DNA of 61,478 nucleotides, counting the filler, from Sphacelaria rigidula (Eukaryota), in NCBI GenBank assembly GCA_964200075.2. It is 7 parts of 7 records of this genome, joined end to end, with 100 filler letters (N's around TTAATTAATTAA, not from the genome) between each part and the next. Parts side by side here need not be neighbours in the genome. Positions count along the whole stretch, not along the records: positions 8,799 to 17,495 come from CAXNAA020010344.1; positions 17,596 to 26,292 come from CAXNAA020010345.1; 5 more parts are not named here. One strand, given 5' to 3'. The position numbers and the translations under genes were made by a program. Below, piece by piece: positions 12,536-22,720 of the stretch (the stretch's first letter is position 1; the number at the start of each line of letters is the position of its first letter). Under the pieces are notes generated by a model. That model saw only the letters and a list, made by a program, of their open reading frames with translations. It searched no databases and had not been told where the DNA came from.

Positions 12536-13118
12536 CTTCCTCTGTGCCATAAGTCTGTGCAGTTATGGACGTTTGATTGTTTGGGTATTTCAACGCCGAC
12601 GATCATCCTATAGTTGGGTTTGTTAGAGAGATAACGCGCAGACAAAGCTGACTAAAAAAAAAAAAACTTGTTTTCAATACTAACTCTAGGTCAAAATATC
12701 CCCCATTTTGGCCATTTTTGGTCCACTCATACCCCAAAGTTGACCAATTTTGGACGTTTTTACGTCGAGCACTAGCGATCACATGCTGAAAATTTGTCAG
12801 ATGGGGCGTGCGTATGTTAACGTCACGGAGATATCCAAATCAGAGGTGGTTTTGCGGTTTTCACATTTTTCTCACGATTTTTCGCGATTTCCGGGTCTGC
12901 TGTGCTTCACTGGTAAAAAAAGCGAAAAATGCCCAAATTTTGACCGGCTCACTTTTTCTCGGTCGTGAGTCTGCACGGTCAAGCACCCATGTTGCAGAAG
13001 GAATATTGTTTCTAGCTCAAGAAACGCCAACGAATGCAGCCAGAGAATCGAAAATCAAACCGGACATCGTTAATGGCTCATATGAACATAACTGCACAGA
13101 CTTATGACACAGAGGAAG
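12536..13118. mobile_element. Stowaway-like MITE, second copy
   Basis: TA|CTTCCTCTGTGCCATAAGTCTGTGCAGTTATG ... CATAACTGCACAGACTTATGACACAGAGGAAG|TA; subterminal homology to 306-1416. Confidence 0.87.
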
Positions 13119-13188
13119 TATTCCTTGCTACCCCCTTTTTGTCTCAATTTCAAGGCCCATCATTCTCGCTTAAGTTTTTCAAGCTGAT

Positions 13189-13555
13189 CGCCTCGGTAGT
13201 TGAGTTGGTAACCTCGAAACCTTCTGACAGTTCGAACATCTCGGTGAAGTCCTACGATCTGGTACTTCCTATCACGTCATGCCCAAGAGTGGAGAGCGAC
13301 TATGTGGTGGGTACTCGAAGTCCGACTTCACGGTCGACGAGGGAGAGAGCCTGCTGAACCCTTCTCGCGAGAAAAAAAAAGAAGGCAAGCACCGAAGAAG
13401 AAAGGTGGAATGCCGAAACAAAATAAAAGTAATAAACCTCCCGTAATGACTTTCCTCCTGTGTGACCTCGGCTGATATGTCCACATATACTGAAAGGTGT
13501 AGACTAGCGTCCAGAATAGATAGGACCGCAGCACACAACGTACACAACACACTGT
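13189..13555 (+). mobile_element. tRNA-derived SINE family (other copies ~43365-43690 -, 52612-52682 + head only, 59455-59981 -, 61240-61478 -)
   Basis: A-box-like TAGTTGAGTTGG / TGATTCAGTTGG and B-box-like GGTTCGACTC in the heads; shared body GTGGAGAGCGAC...CGACTTCACG(G/A)TCGAC. Confidence 0.7.
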
Positions 13556-13570
13556 TTTTTTGGAGATATC

Positions 13571-13705
13571 CACACCCTGGACAATAGATTATATTGTCAA
13601 AAAACGTACTGCGTAAAATACTTATCTATTGTCTGTTGCAATAGGCGCAATATTCGACACTGTGCAGTACACTTTTTGACTGTGCACTCCGTCGTCCAGG
13701 ATGTG
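13571..13705. mobile_element. hAT-type MITE
   Basis: TIR CACACCCTGGAC / GTCCAGGATGTG; 8-bp flanks GAGATATC / GAGATACC (7/8 identical); homologue at 59745-59888. Confidence 0.75.
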
Positions 13706-15078
13706 GAGATACCAGAAATTTCAAGGCATTTCGGACGCTGCGTTCAGACTACCTCAAAAACGAATATTTTTTTCTCCACAGTTTCACTTTCGGAGAAGTC
13801 CGAGCACTTCGGACAGGAACGCAGCGCTTTCGAGAGCGGCCTTGTGTGTACGCCGTGGCACTCACAAGCGTTCGAGGGCCATTAGGAACCTTGTCATTGA
13901 ACCCCTGGGCCATGTCGGAGAGTAGACAGCGCCGTGAGCTGGCGGGAGTGACGTTTTCAGGCCGGCGAAGGCGAGCCAACGACGAGATGAGCAATGTGTC
14001 CATGATCAGAGATGTAAAAAAAGAGGTAAAACTCGATGAGAACGCCACTCTCTGGACCATTTGGAGACCTCCGAAATTTCAGAACTTCTCCTACCAACAC
14101 TTTCTTCGGCAATAATGGGCCAAACTCCCCCCCTTTCCTCGGGGTGAGTTCGTAGCGTCAAGGGATGAACCCGTCTCTCACTCAGTACTCGTCTTAGATT
14201 TTGGTGACGCGGATTGGATCAGCACTACTGAACCGCGTCTCTGCCGTAGAGATGACTCGGTCAAACAGACTATCTTTGCTTTTCACGTTGTCGGAAATCA
14301 GATATATTTCAGAAAACAAGTGAAACTAGACACCTAGACACATGTGGCAGAATTGAACCCGCGTTTTCTCCGACATGATGGTGTCAGTTGTACCAGTAGA
14401 CCACCGGGGCGGGGCGATGTATGCCCTGCTAATATCTGTATTGTGACGCAACGGGAGCCGAGGACTCACGATGCTATACAAATAGGAGACGTAATATTTG
14501 AGACATTGAGATACCGACTACCCGTACAGTGTTGATTTTTTCAACTTTGAGTGGCGAACAGCTTAAAATCCCCCCCCCCCCCCCCCCCCCGGTGTCCGCT
14601 GGGGGTGAGGGGGGGGCTCTGCCGTGCAGAAACAGCGCGGGGGGCGCCGCCCCCTGGTAGGGGTNNNNNNNNNNTTCGAGACCTCTGGTCACCTTCCTTC
14701 CGTGAAGCGTTTTGTTTTTTTCCATTGGGTGGGCGGCCAAGTGATACCCCCCCCCCCCCCCCCCCCGGGTTCGCGCTTGGTGACAGAGTGCGAGCCTGGT
14801 CCAGCGAAAACCTGGCGTGCTCCATCCCGACTTTGTAGGGATGCGAAGTCAACGGTATCATTACTACGGCATGCAAGATCATGGCTACCTCCTCCACCCT
14901 CCCACCCGGGGGGGGTGGGAGGAGGGGGGACTGATATCTAAAAATTTGATCTACAGAGCCCCCTGCACGTGTTGTCAAACACCACGGAAGTGTAAGTGTG
15001 TACCATCACGGCATGGATAAACGCCTGGTTTGTGGCCCTTCCACGTGAATACCGTGTCAATTTTATCATGAAACATAC

Positions 15079-15235
15079 CTGAAGACAAGCACAAGATCAT
15101 GACCCGATTCTTCCTCCTGGCTAGGCTGGAGAGGGCAGGCGCAAAGAACATACTCTCATCGTCCGGATGCGCGATCACCACACCAACGGGCGCCCGCAGG
15201 GAGAAGGAAGGCAACGAAGGAGGCTGCCCTTGCAT
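15079..15235 (-). CDS. PIGL: 5' exon of GlcNAc-PI de-N-acetylase (PIG-L/GPI12 family)
   Basis: VVIAHPDDESMFFAPAL...ILCLSS(G) signature; GTATG donor after 15079; later exons not found. Confidence 0.85.
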
Positions 15236-15973
15236 TATTGTGCTGTGTCGATCAATGATTCTACTCTGCGTATCTTCCGGGCGTACTTTGCTCAATCCCG
15301 AGGACACCCGCGAGGGTACGGGTATTCTGTCTATACAGCAGACAGTAGAGTAGCACGGCAGAAGCCACACAGGAGACAAGAGTGCTCTACCGACGTACCA
15401 AACCCGCCGATTTGAGTTTTCAAACGAAACCACCACAATGTTGCTCGAAAGTGACCTGGGAAATTGGTGAAAAGATTTGCGAGGGGCAACTGCACTGGTA
15501 GAATCTCGAGTAGGTGAACGGTCTTGATAGTACTACCTGGATGGACGAGAAGGACGGCGCAACGTCCACATTTCCAGCTGGCTCTAAAAGTAGCTTTTGT
15601 TCATCGCCATATTTGATTTTGTATAATCAAATCCCGTTAGTCAAATAGATACGCGCCAACTCTCGTCCTTTCCCGAGATTTTTTTTCAAGATATTAATAA
15701 CAATTTGCAAGAGTGCTTCACATGCTGGATAAAAGTACATCCTCGTACTTGAACAGGTTTCATAGAAAATGCAACATTACACCGTGTTGGCTCCCCCAGC
15801 TACGCCCACCGCTCGAGTCCCTTACCACACAGACATAGTCGTCCACAGTATTCTATCATCATTTTCCAATTCAAATCCCTGCTACCTCCGTCATACAAGT
15901 TTCTCGTTTTTGTTTTCGTTTTGCGGTCTCGGCTTTCAGTCCAGCTGAGGCAGTGGTAAAGCAGAGCATAGGC

Positions 15974-16015
15974 ATGTCGCTGAACTATGCGAAGTGGGAC
16001 AAGGTGGTGGAAGAT
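15974..16015 (+). CDS. Probable first exon MSLNYAKWDKVVED (YxKWD N-terminal motif as in Cdc37/TPR co-chaperones)
   Basis: ATG, 14 codons and a canonical GTGAGT donor; divergent from PIG-L. Confidence 0.5.
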
Positions 16016-17289
16016 GTGAGTGTATGTCATGGAGATTCAGTGTGGCTTTGCTTCATAGAAAAGCTACCCAAGGGTTTATTAGCACAGGCTCAGTTCAAGA
16101 ACATTTTTGGCGCGGGAGAACCAAAGACTCTCTTCTTCCATCAAGAAACACATGATATGTATGACATGTGTGTGGTGTACGCAGAACATGGGAAATCAAT
16201 CTCGCTGCCCACCGGACTGAACGAGCATGAGTATGCATGCATACCCCGAAGCCTTGCTGTTGTTACATCTCTGCATGATGGCTGGCCATGGTTTTCAAAC
16301 TAAAGCATGTACTCACAATAACAATACAGCGATCACAGCAAATGAACAGACAGTGTCTATTGGGTCGACTGCAACCTTATGATCGCTTCGAAGGGCGGAG
16401 CGCGGGGGAAGCGAGGTCTGTCGAGGCTAGTTCTTCCTTCTCTTTCCTTCGCTTCCCCTCCTCCTCTACTATGTAAGCTGCGTGTGTCGGGATGGGACAT
16501 GGTGCGAGCGAGGGGGATGAAAGGCTGCCCATGTCATCCATGCCATTCATTCGATACACGCCGCCCATGGGAAAATTATGCACGCTACTACCGTTCTCTG
16601 TACGTTGCGGCGACCTTGCTTCAACCTGGCGCACGGTCTTTTTTCAAAATTATTTCCGCGCCTCGTTTTTTTCAGATTTCCGAGTTCAACCAGTGCCAAA
16701 CAAAATGGTACATGACGCGCAGGTGTTCATAAGCAATAGGGGTCAACTTGGATTCAGCGGGGGTGCATGGTGCCGCAGGAAACGAGAAAAAAAGCCGTTC
16801 TCGGGGTTGGTTCTACAGTGAATTGGGGGTGGTATGCACCGTTTTTAGCCCGGTGCGAGTGACAATACGTTGGTATCGCACATTAGCTGATCGCCGAGAG
16901 ACCCAGTCGTTGTTATCATCCTCACGATAGACGTACTCATACCCAGGGCAAAGTGCAAACACTTGTTGAAGAACAACATGGTAGACTAGAAAAATCCAAA
17001 CAATCTAAATCTATCAAGATGAAGACAAACGATATGTGTGTGTATATGTAGATGTAGAAATGGGTGACCTCTGCAACGTGGCTTCAGGTCGAAAAAGTCT
17101 TGGGTGCGCGAAAAGGAAAGGCGCTTATACTGGGACGAAAATGACAAAGTCGTCACAACAGATAGCGGCTCAGCTGTTTCGGCCACACGATTTTGGGTAT
17201 GAGCTTTCACCAATAAATCCTGCAGAAGCGAGGCACAAAACTGCGACTCGTATACACCGGGAGGAAAGAAACACGTGCGCACGTGGGAC

Positions 17290-17495
17290 AGCTCATGAGC
17301 TAGCTCACCTGCGGGTGGTAGCTCATTTGTAGTCAAACATGTACATGTGAGCTACGTCCGATACCTCAACACAAGGTAAACATGCGCTGATGAGCTACGG
17401 GTTGGTAGCTCACTCAGGGCTAACATGACCTGATGAGCTACGGGTTGGTAGCTCACCCAGGGGAAACATGCGTAGCTCATGCAGCTCTCATAAGA
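17290..17495. repeat. Tandem GAGCTA/TAGCTC-rich repeat running into the scaffold end
   Basis: TGATGAGCTACGGGTTGGTAGCTCAC occurs twice, plus degenerate copies. Confidence 0.7.
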
Positions 17496-18264
17496 NNNNN
17501 NNNNNNNNNNNNNNNNNNNNNNNNNNNNNNNNNNNNNNNTTAATTAATTAANNNNNNNNNNNNNNNNNNNNNNNNNNNNNNNNNNNNNNNNNNNNACTTC
17601 TCAAGTTTCCCAAATCAGCGCGACTTGAGCATATCGCTATGAACTGCAGACCAACCTGGGAACACACGGCACTGCCACTGAATGAAGAAAAAAAATGAAG
17701 AAAAATGTACCACATCCTGGATCCTGCATACTGATTCCAAGTGAAAATTAATGCCGATTCCGCAGGTGACCTTCCCTCGCGGTCAACGGGTTAAAGACGG
17801 ACGAAAAAAACAGAGAATCTGTCGGAATTCAAACTCATGACCTCCACAACTGGAGTCTCCTGTATTACTTGGATGAAAGGGGCGTGGCCGTGTCACACGA
17901 AAAGTGCGATGCGGCGCCCAGTTTGAGGTACTTTTGGCCGAAACTTCACCAGAATGTCCTGGACGCGATCGCCTACAACGTTGTTTGGGGCGCAGCCGTT
18001 TTTAAAACTTTTTCACGTAGTCATAGCATTTTCCATGTTTTTGCTGAAACTTCAAAAATCACTGTCAGCTAGTCCAGCTCGTACTCATTTTGGATATTGC
18101 CAGCGGTCCCTCGGTTCTCGTCAAAACTCAATGGGCGTTCGACTAAAAGAGGTGTACGCTCAACGTTGTTTCCTGTAAAAAGTATCATTTCGGACTAGAT
18201 GTGCAGATCTGGGAAAACGCGCTAGATTCACCATTATCGATCGGAACTCTTTGGACACATCCAA

Positions 18265-19525
18265 GGGTAGGTCGAGTTGAGTATACTCGATACTCCGTAT
18301 TTTTGAAGAGTCATACTTCAAGTACTCGAAGTTTGAGTAGAGTATTTGAGGTCATATCCCACCTACTCAATTATTCGAGTAAGGTATTTGAGATCATACT
18401 CAGTCTACTCGAAATTTGAGTAGAGTATTGAGGTCATACTCAAGTGATACTCTATACTCAAGTATTACTGAGAGTGCTTACTCAATATTTGAGTATAATA
18501 CTTGAGGTCGTACTTGATCTACTCTACCTAAGTTATGAGTAGAGTATTTGAGGCCATACTCAACGTACTAAGAATTTGAGTAGAGTATTGAGGTCATACT
18601 CAAGTGATACTCGATACTCCAGTATTACTGAGACTGCTTACTCAATATTCAAGTAGAATATTTGAGGTCGTACTCGACCTACTAAAACATTGAGTAGAGT
18701 ATTTGAGGCCGCACTCGACCTACTCATAATTTGAGTAGAATATTTGAGGTCGTACTCGACCTACTCAAAAATTGAGTAGAGTATCTGAGACCGGATCCGA
18801 TGTACCGAAAACCTATAATTTCAACTCCAATATTCAAGTTCGTACGCAAGATACTCAAGCTCGGGTAGAGAAAACACCGCGGTATTTCCAGAGTTGCCCA
18901 CCCATATGAGTGTTGATTCAAGGTCAAACTTCAGCAAACATTCGGATCAGAACCAATGGTACAAAACCAGGGTAGAATGAATGTTGGGGTATTGTCGAAG
19001 GGCCCTGCACGTTTTTTTTTTTTCATTGCCACCATTCGCTCATACTCCTTGTTGGCTATGATGTAACGCCGTCCATCTAATTGATGGCCATCGTTCGCCC
19101 ATGTACTCAACATAGTCTGTGAAATGACGTCACGAAGTCGCCGACTATAAGGGATACTCACCATGCCCAAGAGGTACTTTATACTCAAGTATTACTGAGA
19201 GTGCTTACTCAATATTTGAGTAGAGTATTTGAGGTCGTACTCAACGTACTGTACTCAATTATTCGAGTAGAGTATTTGAGGCCGTACCCAACATACTCAG
19301 AATTTGAGTAGAGTATTGAGGTCATACTCAAGTGATACTCTATACTCAAGTATTACTGAGAGTGCGTACTCAATATTCGAGTAGAGTATTTGAGGTCGTC
19401 CTCGACCTACTCAAATTCGAGTAGAGTATTTGAGGCCGTACTCCACCTACTCAAACGTCGAGTATAGTAAATACTTGAGTATTTTACTCGAGTACTCGAA
19501 AGTACATACTCTACTCGACCTACCC
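18265..19525. mobile_element. Foldback-like TIR element with internal GAGTA/TACTC tandem subrepeats
   Basis: Begins GGGTAGGTCGAGTTGAGTA and ends TACTCTACTCGACCTACCC; arrays at 18290-18790 and 19180-19510 flank a unique core; related relic at ~37940-38110. Confidence 0.75.
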
Positions 19526-19555
19526 AAGAAAGATTAGTATCGATACTGTTGCTTC

Positions 19556-19887
19556 TAGCTTTTCCTCACCCGGTGGCTGTGGCTATGGACGACGAGATGG
19601 TCATGTGCCGCCTACCATCTCTCGTCTTCATCACGTCGAACGTCATGAGCACGTCCCGAGGCCCTGGATCACCCTCCTGGTCGGTGATGTCCTTCAGTTG
19701 GTCAATCCTCCCATATTACTACTTGTGCTATGGGGGGATTGACCAACTGAATAATATGGCCGACCAGGAGGATGGTCTAGGGTCTCGGGACGAGCTCATG
19801 GCGTTCGACGTCATGAAGACGAGAGATGGTAAACGGCACAAGATCATTTTGTCGTCCGTAGCCACGGGTACCGGATGAGGAAAATCT
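19556..19887 (+). ncRNA. Long imperfect hairpin, candidate miRNA/hpRNA precursor (or palindromic MITE)
   Basis: ~155-bp arms and a short loop near 19713-19728; mismatches are mostly G:U-compatible on the + strand. Confidence 0.4.
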
Positions 19888-19911
19888 ATACGCCCATACT
19901 GTATTGTGGAA

Positions 19912-20421
19912 GGCCGCTCCTTACGGCAAACAAGAATGAAAATACGAAAAACTGTATTTTTTTTACCTTCTTCGTCGTTTTATGTCCCAAAAGAGGGCTA
20001 GGCGTATTTCTCCGCCTTGGAATGACTTGCTGTACTCGTTGAGATGGTTCCAGCACACCTGTGCGTTTTCCCGGTGGCCGCAGTTTGTTTCTTGGTCAAA
20101 GTTACATTATTCTCGGAGAGTGCTCATTTTTCCCGGAGACCTACCAAGTCCACAAAATTTCGCGAATTTTCTGGTATCGACCGGTCTCCGGGAAAAATGA
20201 GCGCTCTCCGAGAAAAAGGTAACTTTGGTGGCCAAGAAACAAACTGCGGCCACCGAAAAAACGCACACGTGTGCTGGAATCGTTTAAACGAGTATAGCAC
20301 GTCATTCCAAGATCCCAAGGTGCCAAAATCCGTCCAGCTCTCTTGTAGGGGGTAAAATGATGTAGAAGCCCCCAAAAGAGAGTTAACCAGATATTTTCGT
20401 TGTTTGCCGTAAAACGCGACC
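19912..20421. mobile_element. Palindromic MITE, PIF/Harbinger (Tourist)-like; copies at ~57135-57587 and 58716-59185
   Basis: Termini GGCCGCTCCTTA...TAAGGAGCGGCC in the family, long internal inverted arms, TCA/TTA flanks at 58716-59185. Confidence 0.75.
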
Positions 20422-20544
20422 TAAGGAATACTAGTGACGGTACTGTACTGTGAACGCGAGCTTATATTTGTGTCTACGGGTTCGAGAGGTCGGGCTAGTG
20501 TGCATAAATAATGAAAAATATATTTTCAAGACGATGTATGTAAC

Positions 20545-22720
20545 CTGGGCGGCGGTGGGTTCGTGGGTACGGGCCGAATTTCATAACGCATACACTAATT
20601 TATATTTTCAAGTAATTTTATTTTAATTATTACCAGCCCCTCTACATTTCATAACGCATTTCAGGAGGCAAGCTTAATTTAAGTATCGACTCCGTCACAC
20701 TTGTGTTTACCCGCCTTCTGGAGCCCGCAGCCACAGTACAGGACCGTGCTGCGGAGAGATGGTATTCAGGATAAAAAGGCCTCACAAGGGGTGCTTTGTC
20801 TTTCTGTATACGGGTTGGTGGACCAAACGTTCGCTATGAACGTCGTCGTGCCTGTGCTATGGTTGCGGTGGCTGGGGATGGCGTTGCAGTCTCCCTTCGT
20901 GCTGAACTTGCTCCTCCTCCTGTACCCTCCACGGCTTTGGATACGGGCCGGGCATGAGATCAGACGGTGCTATCGTCGTCATTGCGCGTTGTTTCATGCT
21001 CCCGGACGGCACAACACCGAAAAAGGACTACATCAGCATCAATACTACTGGCTACCTGTTGTTGGCCGTCGTGCTTTTGTTCTGGATCGCTCGTGTTGAT
21101 CGGTGCCGTACAGACAGTACTCACGCGATGCCCACCGCCTGGCCAGGGTCGGCGCATCTTGCGGTAAAGATACAGTCAGTGCCGCGCCAGAATTTGTTCA
21201 AGAGATGCAATGGCGAAGACGATCAATACACACCGAACATAGAACGGCTAACGTAAACATGTATCTCTCTTGCGTGCGCGACCCCGTGTGCTAGAGCACG
21301 CCCCCCTTCCGACGGTGTACCGTAAGCCTGCTTCATGGTGACATGGTGTTTGTGAAAATATTATTGACATACTACTGTACTGTACTGTTCTGGGCTGCAG
21401 CCAGCTGGCGGAGGGAAATGAGGGAAATGGAGACCAGGCCTGGACATGAGAAAAACACGAACAATTTAATCTTGTTGACCTCTCTGTGGTACATGGGGCT
21501 TGAGAAGCGCACGTGTGTACACCAACACAGAAATCCCGGGTCGAATCCGTTCGAGAATCATGGACAACAACGAAAAAATACGAGTAGCTGATTCAAGTTT
21601 GATTATTTCATCACGATCCGTACCCATGAACTCGGTGCCCCGCCTGGCGGTGGGTTCATAGGTACGGACCGAATTTCATAACGCATACACTAATTCCAAG
21701 TAATTTCATTTCAATTATTATCAGTCCCTCTACGTTTCATAACGCATTTCATAACGCAAACTTGATTCTAGTATAAGACTCCGTCACACTTGTGTTCACC
21801 GGCCTTCTGGAGCCCGCAGCCACAGTACAGGACCGTGCTGCGGAGAGATGGTATCCACGACAACAACGGCCTCACAAGGGGTGCTTTATCTTTCTGTGTA
21901 CGGGTTGGCGTACCAAACGTTCGCTATGAACGTCGTCGTGCCTGCGCTATGGTTGCGGTGGCCGGGGTTGGCGTTGCAGTCTCCATTTGCTTCTAGCTTG
22001 CTCCTTTTGTATCCTGTACGGCTTTGGATACGGGGCATGAGATCAGACGGTGCTATCGTCGTCGTTATGCGTTGTTTCATGCTCTCGGACGGCACAACAA
22101 CGAGAAAAGGATTATATCAGCATCAATGCTGCTGGCTCCCTGTTGTTGGTCGTCGTGTTTTTGTTCTGGATGGCTCGTGTTGATCGGTGCCGCACAGACA
22201 GTACTCACGCGATGCCCACCGCCTGGCCGGGGTTGGCGCATCTTGCGGTAAAGATACAGTCAGTGCCGCGCCAGAATTTGTTCAAGAAATGCAATGGCGA
22301 AGACGACCAAGCACTCTACACACCGGACATTGGACGGCTAACGTAAACATGTATCTCTCTTGCGTGCGCGACCCCGTGTGCTAGAGCACAGCCCCCTTCC
22401 GAAGGTACACCGTAAGCCTGCTTCATGATGGCATGGTGCTTGTGGAAATATCATCGATATACTGTCCTGTTCTGGGCTGCAGCCAACTGGTGGAGGGAAA
22501 TGAAGCCCAGACCGGGCCTGGACAAAAAAGCCAAAAGAAGCAAAAAAATGTAATCTTGTTGACCTCTCTGCGGTACATGGGGCTTGAGTAGCGCACGTGT
22601 GTACACCGACACAGAAATCCCGGGTTGAGTTCGTTCAAGAATGATGGAAAACAACGAAAGAACGCTGATTCGAGTTTAATTATTCATAACAGCCCGTACC
22701 CATGAACTCGGTGCCACGAC
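20545..22720. repeat. Head-to-tail dimer of a ~1.1-kb element with short inverted termini
   Basis: Units 20545-21641 and 21642-22720 are colinear; each starts GTTC(G/A)T(G/A)GGTACGG and ends CCGTACCCATGAAC. Confidence 0.88.

Noticed and set aside
12029..12550. 173-aa ORF
   Set aside because: The start codon lies in a MITE TIR and no motif is recognisable.
14344..14411. tRNA gene
   Set aside because: A/B boxes are present but there is no convincing acceptor stem; better explained as a SINE head.
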